Source of the DNA: an uncultured Actinomycetes bacterium
GTDB lineage: Bacteria; Actinomycetota; Actinomycetes; Streptosporangiales; Streptosporangiaceae
Reading direction: 5' to 3'
Length of the DNA stretch: 64,000 nucleotides
NCBI GenBank assembly: GCA_963844695.1
Contig: CAWJPL010000035.1
Span: 1,457 to 65,456 of the forward strand
The translations under genes were made by a program, and so were the position numbers. The notes below the pieces were generated by a model that searched no databases, was not told where the DNA came from, and worked only from the letters and a program-made list of their open reading frames with translations. This document shows positions 19,189-28,439 of this stretch, piece after piece (the stretch's first letter is position 1; the number at the start of each line of letters is the position of its first letter).

Positions 19189-19246
19189 CGGGAGTCGGTT
19201 GAGGGGTTGTCGCTGGTGGGACGCTGGCGTTACCCCAGGTGAGGTT

Positions 19247-19280
19247 GGCGCCGCCCCGCTGGTGAGGCGGGAGCGGCGCC
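19247..19280. terminator. GC-rich hairpin between convergent genes (possible bidirectional terminator)
   Basis: GGCGCCGCCCCGC-tggtga-GGCGGGAGCGGCGCC gives about a 13-bp stem with one bulge. There is no U-tract. Confidence 0.4.
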
Positions 19281-19342
19281 CGGTAGCTGCCGGCCAGATG
19301 ACTGGGCCGGCCTGGCCAGGATTCGCAGGCTGACATAGGGGG

Positions 19343-20497
19343 TCAGCCGGCCGCCCGGAGCGGCCCGAAGAAAGCGCGCAGCTCACTGGCGACTTGCCCA
19401 GGTTCTTCGTGCGCCATGAAGTGCCCGCCGCGGCCCGGTGTGCTCCAGTGGCGCAGATCGGCGAAGACGCGTTCGGCCAGGCTCCTGGGGTAGGTCGCGT
19501 AGGCAGGCTCGTTGCTCAAGGTGACCGCTGCGGGCACGGTGATCTGGGGGACGGGCTCATTCAGCGGGTAGTTGTAGTACTGCCGAAACGATGAGCCGAT
19601 GGTGGCGGTCGCCCAGTACAAGGTCGCCACCGTGAGCAGCGTGTCCTTGTCCCAGCGGGTCTCCAGGTCCCCCTGGCAATCGCTCCAGTCACGGTACTTG
19701 TCGATGATCCAGGCGGCCATCCCGGCCGGGGAATCGGCCAGCGCAGCGGCGACGGTGTCCGGCCGGGTGCACATGATCTCGCTGTAGCCCTGGTCACCGG
19801 CGTCGTAAGCATCGCGCGCGTCGAGATACGCCTGCTCCGCTGCCGTCGGCGGCTGATCGGTGAAGTCGGTGGTGACGACCGCGGAGGTGATGTGAACACC
19901 CGTGACCTCTCGGGGGTACAGGGCGCCAAGCCACTGCGTCACCCCGCCGCCGATATCCCCGCCGAAAGCTCCGAAGTGCCGGTAGCCCAGAACCTGCGTC
20001 ATCAGCTCATGCCACAGCTCGGCGACGCGGCGGCGGGTGAACGGCCCGTGTGGAAGCTCGGAGTACAGGAATCCGGGCAAGGAGGGAATGACAACGTCGA
20101 AGGCCTCCGCGCGGTCGTCGCCAGCGCTGGCCGGGTCGGCGAGCAGTCGTCCGGCCTGCAGCATTTCCACAAAGCTGCTCGGCCATCCGTGCGTCATGAT
20201 CAGCGGCAGCGGGGACGGCACCCCTGTGGAGGCCTTGCCGCGCAGGTGGACGAAGTGGACACGGCGCCCGGCAACCTCGGCAACGTAGTGCGGGTAGGCG
20301 TTGAGCGCGCGCTCCGCGGCGCGCCAGTCGAAACCGTCGGCCCAGTAGGTGACCAGCTCGCGCAGGTAGCCGGGATCTGTTCCGGCCGCCCAGAACGCCT
20401 GGTCAGACGCCGCAGTGAACCGGGTCCGGGCCAGGCGGATGCGCAGGTCGTTCAGGACCTCATCGGATACGCAGATTCGGAAAGACGTTACTGTCAT
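19343..20497 (-). CDS. epoxide hydrolase (second EHN-type paralog)
   Basis: 384-aa ORF with VLNDLRIRLARTRF and the HGWPSSFVEM motif. Confidence 0.9.
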   Translation of the reverse strand: MTVTSFRICVSDEVLNDLRIRLARTRFTAASDQAFWAAGTDPGYLRELVTYWADGFDWRAAERALNAYPHYVAEVAGRRVHFVHLRGKASTGVPSPLPLIMTHGWPSSFVEMLQAGRLLADPASAGDDRAEAFDVVIPSLPGFLYSELPHGPFTRRRVAELWHELMTQVLGYRHFGAFGGDIGGGVTQWLGALYPREVTGVHITSAVVTTDFTDQPPTAAEQAYLDARDAYDAGDQGYSEIMCTRPDTVAAALADSPAGMAAWIIDKYRDWSDCQGDLETRWDKDTLLTVATLYWATATIGSSFRQYYNYPLNEPVPQITVPAAVTLSNEPAYATYPRSLAERVFADLRHWSTPGRGGHFMAHEEPGQVASELRAFFGPLRAAG

Positions 20498-20521
20498 TGT
20501 TTCTTGCCATCCTCATTGGCT

Positions 20522-20550
20522 ATTATCCCGCCTTATCCCCAGCGGAACAA
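20522..20550 (-). promoter_or_regulatory. candidate promoter TTGTTC-N17-GATAAT (minus strand) for the epoxide hydrolase paralog
   Basis: Reverse complement of attatc (20522..20527) and gaacaa (20545..20550). GAGGA lies just before ATG 20497. Confidence 0.35.
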
Positions 20551-20641
20551 TCTAGCCGCGTTCCGCGCCTACCAGGACGCCGCCCAATCGCTCACTCCAC
20601 AGCGCGGGGCCCGTCGGTGGCCACGAACAGGCCCAGGACGT

Positions 20642-21091
20642 TTATGACGGCCAGTCCCAGCCCAGCTGGGCGAACAGGCCCAGGCGGTCGCTGACGGCAC
20701 GGATCTCGGAGACCTTGCCGCGGTCGAGGGTGAAGATCCAGATCTGCTCGACTTCGAAGCGTCGGCCGGTCGGCTGAGGCATTCGGGGATGCGACCCGGT
20801 ATGCGTCCCACTGGCCATGAACCGGACGACCACCTGGTCGCCCTCGGCGATCAGTTCCTGGGGTGCCATCACGATGTCAGGGAACGCGGCGAGCTGCTGG
20901 GCGAAGCCGTCGAAGGCCGCGCCTGGTTCGTCGGCCTCACCATAGATGATCTTGTTGTGGTCGGTAACGTCCGCAGCGATGTGATCGGGCAGGTCGCCGA
21001 CCCGGTGCTCGTTCATGGCCTGGAACAAGCTGCGGATGGTCTGCTTGTTTGCCTCGATAGTAGTCACGTTTGCCTCGGCAACGGTCACCAT
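20642..21091 (-). CDS. SnoaL-like ester cyclase / NTF2-fold protein
   Basis: 149-aa ORF: ANKQTIRSLFQAMNEHRVGDL...VVVRFMASGTHTG...FEVEQIWIFTLDRGKVSEIRAVSD. Confidence 0.8.
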   Translation of the reverse strand: MVTVAEANVTTIEANKQTIRSLFQAMNEHRVGDLPDHIAADVTDHNKIIYGEADEPGAAFDGFAQQLAAFPDIVMAPQELIAEGDQVVVRFMASGTHTGSHPRMPQPTGRRFEVEQIWIFTLDRGKVSEIRAVSDRLGLFAQLGWDWPS

Positions 21092-21111
21092 GATTCTCCT
21101 CCTCGGTTTAT

Positions 21112-21126
21112 TCTTACGGTGTAAGA
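21112..21126. promoter_or_regulatory. 15-bp palindrome TCTTAC-N3-GTAAGA (putative TetR operator)
   Basis: The sequence tcttacggtgtaaga has perfect arms and lies in the 80-bp divergent intergenic region. Confidence 0.5.
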
Positions 21127-21133
21127 CGATATA

Positions 21134-21146
21134 CTTACGTCGTAAG
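21134..21146. promoter_or_regulatory. 13-bp palindrome CTTAC-N3-GTAAG (second putative operator, overlaps a TAAGAT -10-like hexamer)
   Basis: The sequence cttacgtcgtaag lies 21-22 bp from the first site and 26 bp upstream of GTG 21172. Confidence 0.5.
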
Positions 21147-21171
21147 ATGCGTCAAGCGAGAGGAGATGTGA

Positions 21172-21855
21172 GTGGCCAGCCGCGGTCAGGGCGAGCGTGC
21201 CGGGCTCAGCCGCGGATTGGTCCTGGATGCTGCGGTTGCCCTGGTGGACAGCGACGGTTTGGACGAGCTTTCCATGCGCAAGCTCGGCGCGGCTCTCGGC
21301 GTGGAGGCCATGACCCTCTACCACTACGTGCCGAACAAGGCGGCCCTGCTAGACGGGCTGGTCGAGTGGGTCCTGCAGCACAGCGCCACCGCACCGGCCC
21401 TCGCCGACGGCCTGTCCTGGGACCGGACGCTGCGCCGGTACGCGGAGACGCTGCGCACGACTCTGCTGGGCCATCCCGGGGTCCTGCCCCTATTCTTCAC
21501 CCGCCCGGCGGTGACGGCGCAGTCGCTCAAGGCGGTCGAAAACGGCCTTCGTGTGCTTACCGAAGCGGGCTTCGCGCTCCCGAAGGCACTCGACATGGTC
21601 AACGTCCTCAGCATTTTCGTGGTCGGCCACGCCATGGCTGAGGCCGGCACCGCCGAACTCAGCCGACGAGGCGATCCCGGATCGGCGGCCGCCTTGGCGC
21701 AGCTCGACGTCAGCGACCTGCCGCTCGTCATCGAAGCGGCGCGCCTCGCCCAGGACGCCGATGACCAAAGCCGATTCCTATTCGGTCTCGATGCCATTCT
21801 CTACGGCTTCGCCCGGTGGCAAGAACCAGGCAAGCAGACGGCGCACCGCGAGTGA
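21172..21855 (+). CDS. TetR family transcriptional regulator
   Basis: HTH LSRGLVLDAAVALVDSDGLDELSMRKLGAALGVEAMTLYHYVPNKAALLDGL. Divergent from the SnoaL-like gene. Confidence 0.9.
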   Translation: MASRGQGERAGLSRGLVLDAAVALVDSDGLDELSMRKLGAALGVEAMTLYHYVPNKAALLDGLVEWVLQHSATAPALADGLSWDRTLRRYAETLRTTLLGHPGVLPLFFTRPAVTAQSLKAVENGLRVLTEAGFALPKALDMVNVLSIFVVGHAMAEAGTAELSRRGDPGSAAALAQLDVSDLPLVIEAARLAQDADDQSRFLFGLDAILYGFARWQEPGKQTAHRE

Positions 21856-21884
21856 CTGGTCGGTCTTGATCGTTTCCATATAAA

Positions 21885-22365
21885 GGGTGCCTTTGGCCTG
21901 GGAAAAGAGCTGGGCGCGGGCCTGTCCGCAGGGCTGGCGCGGTGGCGGGCGCCACGGGCGGTGCCTGACCCGGGGAAGATCCTGGCCCACTTGGTAGTGA
22001 CGCTGGCGCTGGGCCGCGATTGCCTGTCCGATGTCGCGGCGCTGCGTGTTGTGCCGGAGATGGCCGGGCCCGTGACCTCCGACCCGGCGATCTCCCGTCT
22101 GGCCAGCGCGCTGGCCGCGGAGGGGTCGCGGGCTCTACGGGCGATCCGCAAGGCTCGCGCCGCGGACCGCGAGCGCGCCTGGGCGCTGGCCGGCGAGCAC
22201 GCGCCGGGCGGCGATGGGGCCCTGATCACGGTGGACATCGACGCCACGATCGTGACGGCGCTACTCGGACAACCAACAAACCGGGCGACGCATGCGATAA
22301 CCGCCGGTTCTGCGCGCCTAGCGGATAACGGCGCCATAGTCCGCGCCGCGCGCCGATCTGGGTAA
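21885..22365 (+). pseudogene. IS1380-family transposase N-terminal fragment
   Basis: ...GLSAGLARWRAPRAVPDPGKILAHLVVTLALGRDCLSDVAALRVVPEMAGPVTSDPAISRL...ITVDIDATIVTA matches the N-terminal third of IS1380-type transposases. Similarity is lost after about 22262. No catalytic part is present. Confidence 0.65.
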
Positions 22366-22428
22366 TTGGCATGGCTGGCGGCGCTCGGTCATGCCCGTGA
22401 GCGAAAGGTGGGTGCCCAGCGCTGGAGT

Positions 22429-22893
22429 CTAGGCCGGCTCCTCGTTGTCTGGGTTGCCTGCTAGTGCGCGGGCGGCTGCGGCCTGCCGGCTATCCATGCT
22501 CTGGTGGCCGTAGGCACTGCGCTTGCTTGCCTGCTGGTCGATCCACCGGCTGTGGGCCTCCCACGCGGATTGCTTGGTGGTACCGAGGGCAGCGCCGATT
22601 TGTGTCCACGAGGCACCTGCTGCGCGTGCAGACCGCACCGTAAGCTGGCGGCCGTAGGCGGCCTTGCGGGCGATCACCTCGCTGAGGGCAAGCAGTTCCA
22701 GGGCCTCTTCCCGGGATAGTGCCCCGGGCTCCGGCTGGTCGTCTGCTGGCAAGTCCTCAGCGCCCGGTGCGAGGAGGTCTCGCATGCGCAATTCGTCATA
22801 GCGGGCGACGGCGGTGGCGAGGGTGTGCTGGCGCTCGAGGCTGGCCGGAGTCGTCATAGCCCCACTCTTGACGTCAGGCTGTCCTGACGTCAA
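22429..22893 (-). CDS. hypothetical protein with a possible HTH (ASWTQIGAALGTTKQSAWE)
   Basis: 154-aa ORF. The start is uncertain (ATG 22893 or 22857). Confidence 0.55.
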   Translation of the reverse strand: MTSGQPDVKSGAMTTPASLERQHTLATAVARYDELRMRDLLAPGAEDLPADDQPEPGALSREEALELLALSEVIARKAAYGRQLTVRSARAAGASWTQIGAALGTTKQSAWEAHSRWIDQQASKRSAYGHQSMDSRQAAAARALAGNPDNEEPA

Positions 22894-23032
22894 GGGGTCC
22901 CGGCGGGATTACGCTGCCAGCGTGTCCGCCGGGCCCGTGCCGGGCGAGCAGGCCACGCATCTTCGTGTCACTCGGCCTCACGATTCGCGGCATGCGAGCG
23001 CGCCGACTTGTGGCCGCCAGCACTCATTCTTA

Positions 23033-23419
23033 TCAGCGGGTCGTGATAGTGCCTTGGTGGTGGAATACCTGCCAGTGGCCGGGCGCGACGCGGCGCCACA
23101 GCGAGGTGCGGTTGGATCGCCTGCCATGGTTCTCGGAGGTGTACTTGACCATAACGAGACCCTCTCCCAGCAGCCATCCCCGCATGTTCTCCACGCTGAT
23201 CGGCTCACCTTGAGGATCCGTGGCTGCGGCCACCCGCTCAGCCGTTCCTTCGTTTCCGATCTCGCCTCCGGAGGCACCGAACTCGTGGAAGTCGGGCGCG
23301 AGCAATCGTCCAAGCCGGGCCGCATCTGCCCGGCACTCCAGGCTCAGTGACTCATACTCGGCTGACATGGCCTCAGCGATCTGCTCATCAGCAGCGACCT
23401 GTCCGCTGGCCTTGTCCAT
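23033..23419 (-). CDS. NTF2-fold / DUF4440-like protein
   Basis: 128-aa ORF: LLAPDFHEFGASGGEI...VMVKYTSENHGRRSNRTSLWRRVAPGHWQVFHHQGT. Confidence 0.7.
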   Translation of the reverse strand: MDKASGQVAADEQIAEAMSAEYESLSLECRADAARLGRLLAPDFHEFGASGGEIGNEGTAERVAAATDPQGEPISVENMRGWLLGEGLVMVKYTSENHGRRSNRTSLWRRVAPGHWQVFHHQGTITTR

Positions 23420-23533
23420 GTCACGATGCTCGCAACCGACAGCGAGCCCGGATCACTTCTTCCCGCAAGTGCCCCGGTTCACTGAGGTCTTTGGTGACCT
23501 GGCCGACCCGGATGTGATGTCGCAGGCCTGGCG

Positions 23534-23944
23534 ATGACGACCTGGCTGATTGACAAGTCAGCCCTCGTCCGCCTGGCCGCCAGCCCTGACGCCGCCGAAT
23601 GGGCCGGGCGGATCGAGCGCGGGCTGGTGCGGGTCACCACCGTGACCCGCCTGGAGGCTGGCTACGCAGCCCGGTCCGGACCGGAGCTGCGAGCTGGATT
23701 GCGGCAGCCCCCGTTGTCATCCATGCCGGTCGAACACCTCACCCCCGCGATCGAGGACAGGGCGGTGGACGTGCTCACCTTGCTCGCCGACCGCGGCCAG
23801 CACTGCGCGCCGTCCATACCCGACCTGATCATCGCAGCGACCGCCGAGCTGGCTGGGCTCACGGTCTTGCACCTACATCAGGACTTCGACGTAATAGCGC
23901 AGGTCACCGGCCAGCCCCTTGAGCGGCTGAGCATCGGGCAATGA
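23534..23944 (+). CDS. vapC: PIN-domain ribonuclease toxin (VapC-like)
   Basis: 136-aa ORF with [11 protein letters not shown] (N-terminal D), [34 protein letters not shown]. Confidence 0.85.
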   Translation: MTTWLIDKSALVRLAASPDAAEWAGRIERGLVRVTTVTRLEAGYAARSGPELRAGLRQPPLSSMPVEHLTPAIEDRAVDVLTLLADRGQHCAPSIPDLIIAATAELAGLTVLHLHQDFDVIAQVTGQPLERLSIGQ

Positions 23945-24148
23945 GCGGCCACGCGAAGACCCCGGCGGATGGACTGCGCTGAAGCGCAGGACCGGACAGA
24001 AGAGGAAGTTCCCGAGGCGTTGGCGTGCTGCCTGAGGCCGGGATGTACGGTCTTACACCCAAAGCATGAGTTGGCCGTGTGGGCCGGGCTTGGTGTTCTC
24101 GCCTGACGCCGGGGGGCATGCCAGGTTGCCGCGATCATCGGCGGCTGG

Positions 24149-25165
24149 TTGCCTTGGGGCGTGATCTGTGGCGGCAGCGAGGGCGTCGAGCTCGTCTGCG
24201 GCGCATTCGGGCTGACGGCAGAACCCGGAGCCTCGCTCATCCCGGTGTCGCGGGGTGCGATGGGACGAGTCTGGTGCCTGGATCTGGGCGCGGAGCGCTA
24301 CGCCGTCAAAGAACTGTTCTGGGAATCTGACGAGGAGTCGGTGCGCCCGGAAGTAACCTTCACCGCGCACCTGGAGTCCGCCGGTATCCGGCTGCCTGGC
24401 AGCCTGCCCGGCCGCGGCGGCCGATTTCTCCAGGAACTGGCCGCCGATCATGGTGGTGGCTGGCTCCGGCTGTATCGGTGGATTGATGGCGTGCCCGCGG
24501 ACCTGGCCGACCCAGGGCTGGCCGTCCAGATCGGCGACCTGGCTGGGCGGCTGCATGCTCTTGCCCGGCCGGACTGGGGTGCGGTCGACCCCTGGTATGA
24601 GAGCGTTCCGGGGCCTGCCACCTGGGAGCAGCTCGCGGATGCTGCGCGCGGGCAAGGAGCCCGCTGGGGGGAGGCGATGGCCGGGCGCGCCGGCTTGCTA
24701 GGCGACCTGGCAGATCTAGTGACCCCTATGGCGGGGGACCGGCTGGTCACCTGCCACCGGGACCTGCACCCCGACAACGTGCTGGTCGAGGCCTCCGGCG
24801 AGCTGGCCGTGCTCGACTGGGACGATGCAGGGCCGGCCTGCCCCGACCGTGAGCTTGCCGGGCTGCTGATGTTCTGGCAAGTCCACGACGACGGCACAGC
24901 CGACGATGCCGCAGTGCAGCGCACCCTCGCCGCCTACCGCGCTGGCGGGGGCCCCGGCCGGCTGCGTGACGAGCAGTCGTTCGGCATGTACATCGCTTGC
25001 AGGCTCAACTTCCTGGAGGCCCAGGCCAGCGTGGCGCTGGACCCGGGCGCGGCCCCCGAACACCGGGCATACGCGTCCAGTGAGATCTCTGACACCCTCG
25101 CCCGGCTGCCTATGCCCAGCCTGATCAGCCATCTGACCAGCCTTGCCGCCGCAACTCTGGGCTGA
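24149..25165 (+). CDS. phosphotransferase-family (APH/choline-kinase-like) kinase
   Basis: HRDLHPDNVLV catalytic loop, LDWDDAG, and the upstream YAVKEL lysine motif. The start is uncertain (24149-24161). Confidence 0.85.
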   Translation: MPWGVICGGSEGVELVCGAFGLTAEPGASLIPVSRGAMGRVWCLDLGAERYAVKELFWESDEESVRPEVTFTAHLESAGIRLPGSLPGRGGRFLQELAADHGGGWLRLYRWIDGVPADLADPGLAVQIGDLAGRLHALARPDWGAVDPWYESVPGPATWEQLADAARGQGARWGEAMAGRAGLLGDLADLVTPMAGDRLVTCHRDLHPDNVLVEASGELAVLDWDDAGPACPDRELAGLLMFWQVHDDGTADDAAVQRTLAAYRAGGGPGRLRDEQSFGMYIACRLNFLEAQASVALDPGAAPEHRAYASSEISDTLARLPMPSLISHLTSLAAATLG

Positions 25166-25442
25166 GCCACCCGGAGACCTAGACCAGTCAGGACCAACAG
25201 GCACTAAAGGCCGGCCTGTCGGCGGCAAATGCGGACATTCCCCATGAGGGAGACGCCGCATAACTATTCGACGTGCCATGAGCCGAGCACACGGCGCACC
25301 CTCTGGCGATCCATTTGGCCGGGACGGCCGGTTCAGTCTGTAGCGATATTTGCTGATAATCGTCGCTGTACCGCCGTGGCTGATGTCACCCGCCAATCAC
25401 GAAAGGTTATCTGAATAAGCCGGCGGGTAATCACATTCAGGC

Positions 25443-25481
25443 GGCCCCGGCCAAAGCGTGTTGCAGCACGCGGCCGGGGCC
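25443..25481 (+). promoter_or_regulatory. terminator-like hairpin in the 5' leader of the LysM/transglycosylase gene
   Basis: GGCCCCGGCC-N19-GGCCGGGGCC followed by TTTGCA, ending 36 nt before ATG 25517. It lies within a 350-nt non-coding, lower-GC leader. Confidence 0.4.
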
Positions 25482-25516
25482 TTTGCATGGCAACGGAACC
25501 TCGGAGGTAACAAGCC

Positions 25517-26161
25517 ATGACGCTTATCAGTATTGCAGCTGGCGGGGTAGCCAAGTCCCTGGTCGCGGTCACGATTTCGCTGCATCCTGGAGCAGCTCAG
25601 CCGGCCCGCCACGACATCACGGTTCAGCGGGGTGACTCGCTCAGCGCGATCAGCCTGCACGAGTACGGGACCGCTGCAGAGTGGCCCGCCCTGTGGTGGG
25701 CAAACCGGCGGCAGGTACCCGACCCGTCCACGATCGTGCCCGGGGAGCGGCTCATCGTGCCCGGCGGGCTGCGGGTCAGCCGATGGCTGGTCCGGGCGGC
25801 GCAGGCGGCAACCGCAGCATCGCAGCATGCCCGCCCGGTGGCCATGGCGCGCCCGCCTGCCGGTGCCCAGGTGAGCGGTGGCGCCTCGGTGGCGGACACG
25901 GTGGCCTCTGCTGCCGCGCGCCGCGCGACGCCGGGCAGCTTCCGCAGCTGCGTGATCCAGCGGGAGAGCAGCGGAAACCCCAGGGCGGTCAATCGGTCCA
26001 GCGGCGCTGGGGGCCTGTACGGTTTCCTGCCGTCCACCTGGCACGGCCTCGGTTTTTCTGGCTTGCCAGAGAATGCGTCCGTGGCTGAGCAGAACTACGC
26101 CTTCGCCAAGGAGTACGCACAGTCCGGGACCAGCGCTTGGGCCCCATACGACGGCTGCTGA
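25517..26161 (+). CDS. LysM domain + transglycosylase-like (lytic transglycosylase/Rpf-related) secreted protein
   Basis: LysM region ITVQRGDSLSAISLHEYGTAAEWPALWWANRRQVPDPSTIVPGERLIVP. The C-terminus reads CVIQRESSGNPRAVNRSSGAGGLYGFLPSTW. Confidence 0.85.
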   Translation: MTLISIAAGGVAKSLVAVTISLHPGAAQPARHDITVQRGDSLSAISLHEYGTAAEWPALWWANRRQVPDPSTIVPGERLIVPGGLRVSRWLVRAAQAATAASQHARPVAMARPPAGAQVSGGASVADTVASAAARRATPGSFRSCVIQRESSGNPRAVNRSSGAGGLYGFLPSTWHGLGFSGLPENASVAEQNYAFAKEYAQSGTSAWAPYDGC

Positions 26162-26300
26162 ATGAACCATCGGCAGCACGTCCGCAAATCTGAGCACGCC
26201 CGGATCGCGGCTATGCGGAAGCTCGCTCGGTCCCGATTATTCGCCGCATACCATTTGAGGATCCACGGGCCGTCTGAGCCGGTATGACGCCAGCTGAGTG

Positions 26301-27206
26301 TTAGGGGCGGACGGCGCGGAGCAGGAGGTAGTCAATTATCTGGCGTCGCCAGAGCAGGTCCACTTGCCTCAGCAGCAGTCGCGCGGCGGTCTGCTGCCCG
26401 GCGGGCGCAGCCGTCGCGCCTGCCAGCCGGGCTGCGGCGAGCCGGAGCGCGGGGGCAATCACGCGGTCCCCGCACACCGTGACCTCCACCTCAGCCAGGC
26501 CCGCCGCGCGCGCCGCCGCGGCGATCTGACCCGCTGTCATAGCCATGCTGGGCCGAAGTCCGAATACGCGCAGCTGAGTCAGGCCCGCCAGCAGCTCCGC
26601 CGGGCTCACCGGCCACCGCTGGACAGGGATGTCGGAGATGCTCAGCACACCGCCCGGACGCAGCACCCGGTAACACTCTTCGAAAAAAGCCTTGCGTGAG
26701 AGGAAATGGAACGCGGCCTCCACACTGATGACTCCATCGATGGTCGCATCGGCGACCGGCAGCCGGGCTGCGTCTCCGGCCACGGCCGCAGCCGCGGCCT
26801 CCCTGAGGCGCTCCCGGCCCGCCCTCAGCTGCCACTCGGTGATGTTGACCGCCACCAGCCGGCGCGGGCGGACCACCTCGGCGATCAGCGGATCCTGGGT
26901 ACCGAGCCCGTTCCCTGCATCCAGGATCACACCCCCGGCGGGCAGCGCGGACGCGAGCGTCGCTACCAGCCGGCGGCAAGCGTCCCCGGCCTCACCCTCC
27001 GAACCCAGCCCCTCCCACAAGCCCAGGTTCAGCCATCCCGGGGCCGGGGCCAGGAAGAAGTCTGATCCGATGCTCTCGTAAACGCGTGCGGCCGGATTCC
27101 GGCCCGGCCAGAACATCGCAGCGGCATGCCGCGCATGCTGGCCTGTCCATCCCGCGATCCACGTCGGCTTAAGTGCCATCCCACACCCCACCCTACGGAA
27201 CACCAT
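26301..27206 (-). CDS. class I SAM-dependent methyltransferase
   Basis: Motif I VILDAGNGLGTQD and LRPGGVLSISD. An alternative start is ATG 27179. Confidence 0.85.
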   Translation of the reverse strand: MVFRRVGCGMALKPTWIAGWTGQHARHAAAMFWPGRNPAARVYESIGSDFFLAPAPGWLNLGLWEGLGSEGEAGDACRRLVATLASALPAGGVILDAGNGLGTQDPLIAEVVRPRRLVAVNITEWQLRAGRERLREAAAAAVAGDAARLPVADATIDGVISVEAAFHFLSRKAFFEECYRVLRPGGVLSISDIPVQRWPVSPAELLAGLTQLRVFGLRPSMAMTAGQIAAAARAAGLAEVEVTVCGDRVIAPALRLAAARLAGATAAPAGQQTAARLLLRQVDLLWRRQIIDYLLLRAVRP

Positions 27207-27292
27207 CCCCAGGCACGCCTGACCACACGGGTACCAAAGTCACCTAGTGGTTAACCCGCACGCCGGCGGCATAAGCGGATATTGGGGGAGTC

Positions 27293-27775
27293 TCAGTAGT
27301 CCCAGAATCCTGTGCTGGTCAGCCTCAGGTACAAGACGTGAGCGGCGCGTCCATACGTCCACCGCATGCGGCTGAACGCGGCCGTGCCCCGGTGAGTGAT
27401 CACTTGGTGGAGGTAGATCTTGACGTTGTATACGTCGTACGGGCAGAGGGGGGCCGGATGGCAATTGGGGTTGTGCAGTTCGTGCAGCTTGCCGGTCCCG
27501 TTTCCGTAGGTCCCGCTCCACTGCTGCCAGGTCAGGCCGGTGAGGAATGGTGCCCCTCCCTGCCCGATCTCGATATCTGCGGGTGACCGCACCATGTGAG
27601 ACCAGCCGGTCGTGTGAGCGTCCATTACCGGGGTGGTGACCGAACCTGCCGCGGGGCTCAACCAGAGGGAGCCACCCAGCAGCACCGCACCGAGGCACAG
27701 CGCAGTGACCCGATTCCTGATCAATCTCTTCCCCTTCCGGCTGAGGAGTTTCACTGCGCGCGCCATGGCAGTCAT
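27293..27775 (-). CDS. secreted hypothetical protein
   Basis: 160-aa ORF with an N-terminal signal/TM segment (RVTALCLGAVLLGGSLWLSPAAG). No recognisable domain. Confidence 0.6.
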   Translation of the reverse strand: MTAMARAVKLLSRKGKRLIRNRVTALCLGAVLLGGSLWLSPAAGSVTTPVMDAHTTGWSHMVRSPADIEIGQGGAPFLTGLTWQQWSGTYGNGTGKLHELHNPNCHPAPLCPYDVYNVKIYLHQVITHRGTAAFSRMRWTYGRAAHVLYLRLTSTGFWDY

Positions 27776-27917
27776 TGCTTCCTCCCCCGGGCCTCCGGGA
27801 GTTCCCCCGGTCCCGCTGCTGGTAGGACGCGCCGAACAGCCTGCGCGTTGTCAACACCGACTACAGGAGATGCCACCAACGATGAGGTGCCCTCTGGCAC
27901 CCGGGCCCGGCGACAGG

Positions 27918-28388
27918 TCAGGGCAGGGCAGGATCCGGGTGGCCGGAAAAGAAACTGTTTGCGGCGCCGTCGTCGATGAGCGAGTGGTCCGCCAGCCATT
28001 GCACGGCACGGCGGCTGGCCCTGGTGTCCCGGAACGCGTACCAGGCCGGCAGCAGGTCCGGATGTTCTGCGCAGAGTTCGTCTTTGAACCGGCGGAAGGC
28101 TCCCTTGCCCTGGATAGCCCGGGCCAGCCTGCGCCCGGCGCGCTCGTCGGTGACTGCGTCGGCGAAGTCGGCCATGTCCTGGTACCAGATCCACGACGGC
28201 AGCGGCTCGATGAGGATCAGGTCCAGTTCGTCGAGGTCGACTGGTGTCTGCCCGTCGATGCCGGTGTCAGCGGTCCAGAACGCGATCTCTCCGGTGTCGG
28301 GGTTGATCAGCCAGTGGTGTTCGTAGTCGGTCTGGTCGGCCAGCGCGCTGGCGATCTCCTCCAGATCCAGGCTGCTCAGCTCAAGCAC
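27918..28388 (-). CDS. UPF0158-like protein
   Basis: LELSSLDLEEIASALADQTDYEHHWLINPDTGEIAFW...GKGAFRRFKDEL...WYAFRD. The frame is open upstream into the LanC-like remnant, so the start (GTG 28388) is a guess. Confidence 0.6.
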   Translation of the reverse strand: MLELSSLDLEEIASALADQTDYEHHWLINPDTGEIAFWTADTGIDGQTPVDLDELDLILIEPLPSWIWYQDMADFADAVTDERAGRRLARAIQGKGAFRRFKDELCAEHPDLLPAWYAFRDTRASRRAVQWLADHSLIDDGAANSFFSGHPDPALP

Positions 28389-28439
28389 CAGGCCAGGATA
28401 GATCTCCCCCGCTACCTGCGCTGAAGTACCGGAACGCCC

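Noticed and set aside
25330-25516. ydaO-type c-di-AMP riboswitch upstream of the LysM/transglycosylase gene
   Set aside because: I could not find the conserved ydaO core words (GGGGA.CC, GGGGUGAAUC, CCGAACCCG, AGCUAACC). The region is kept only as an unclassified structured leader.
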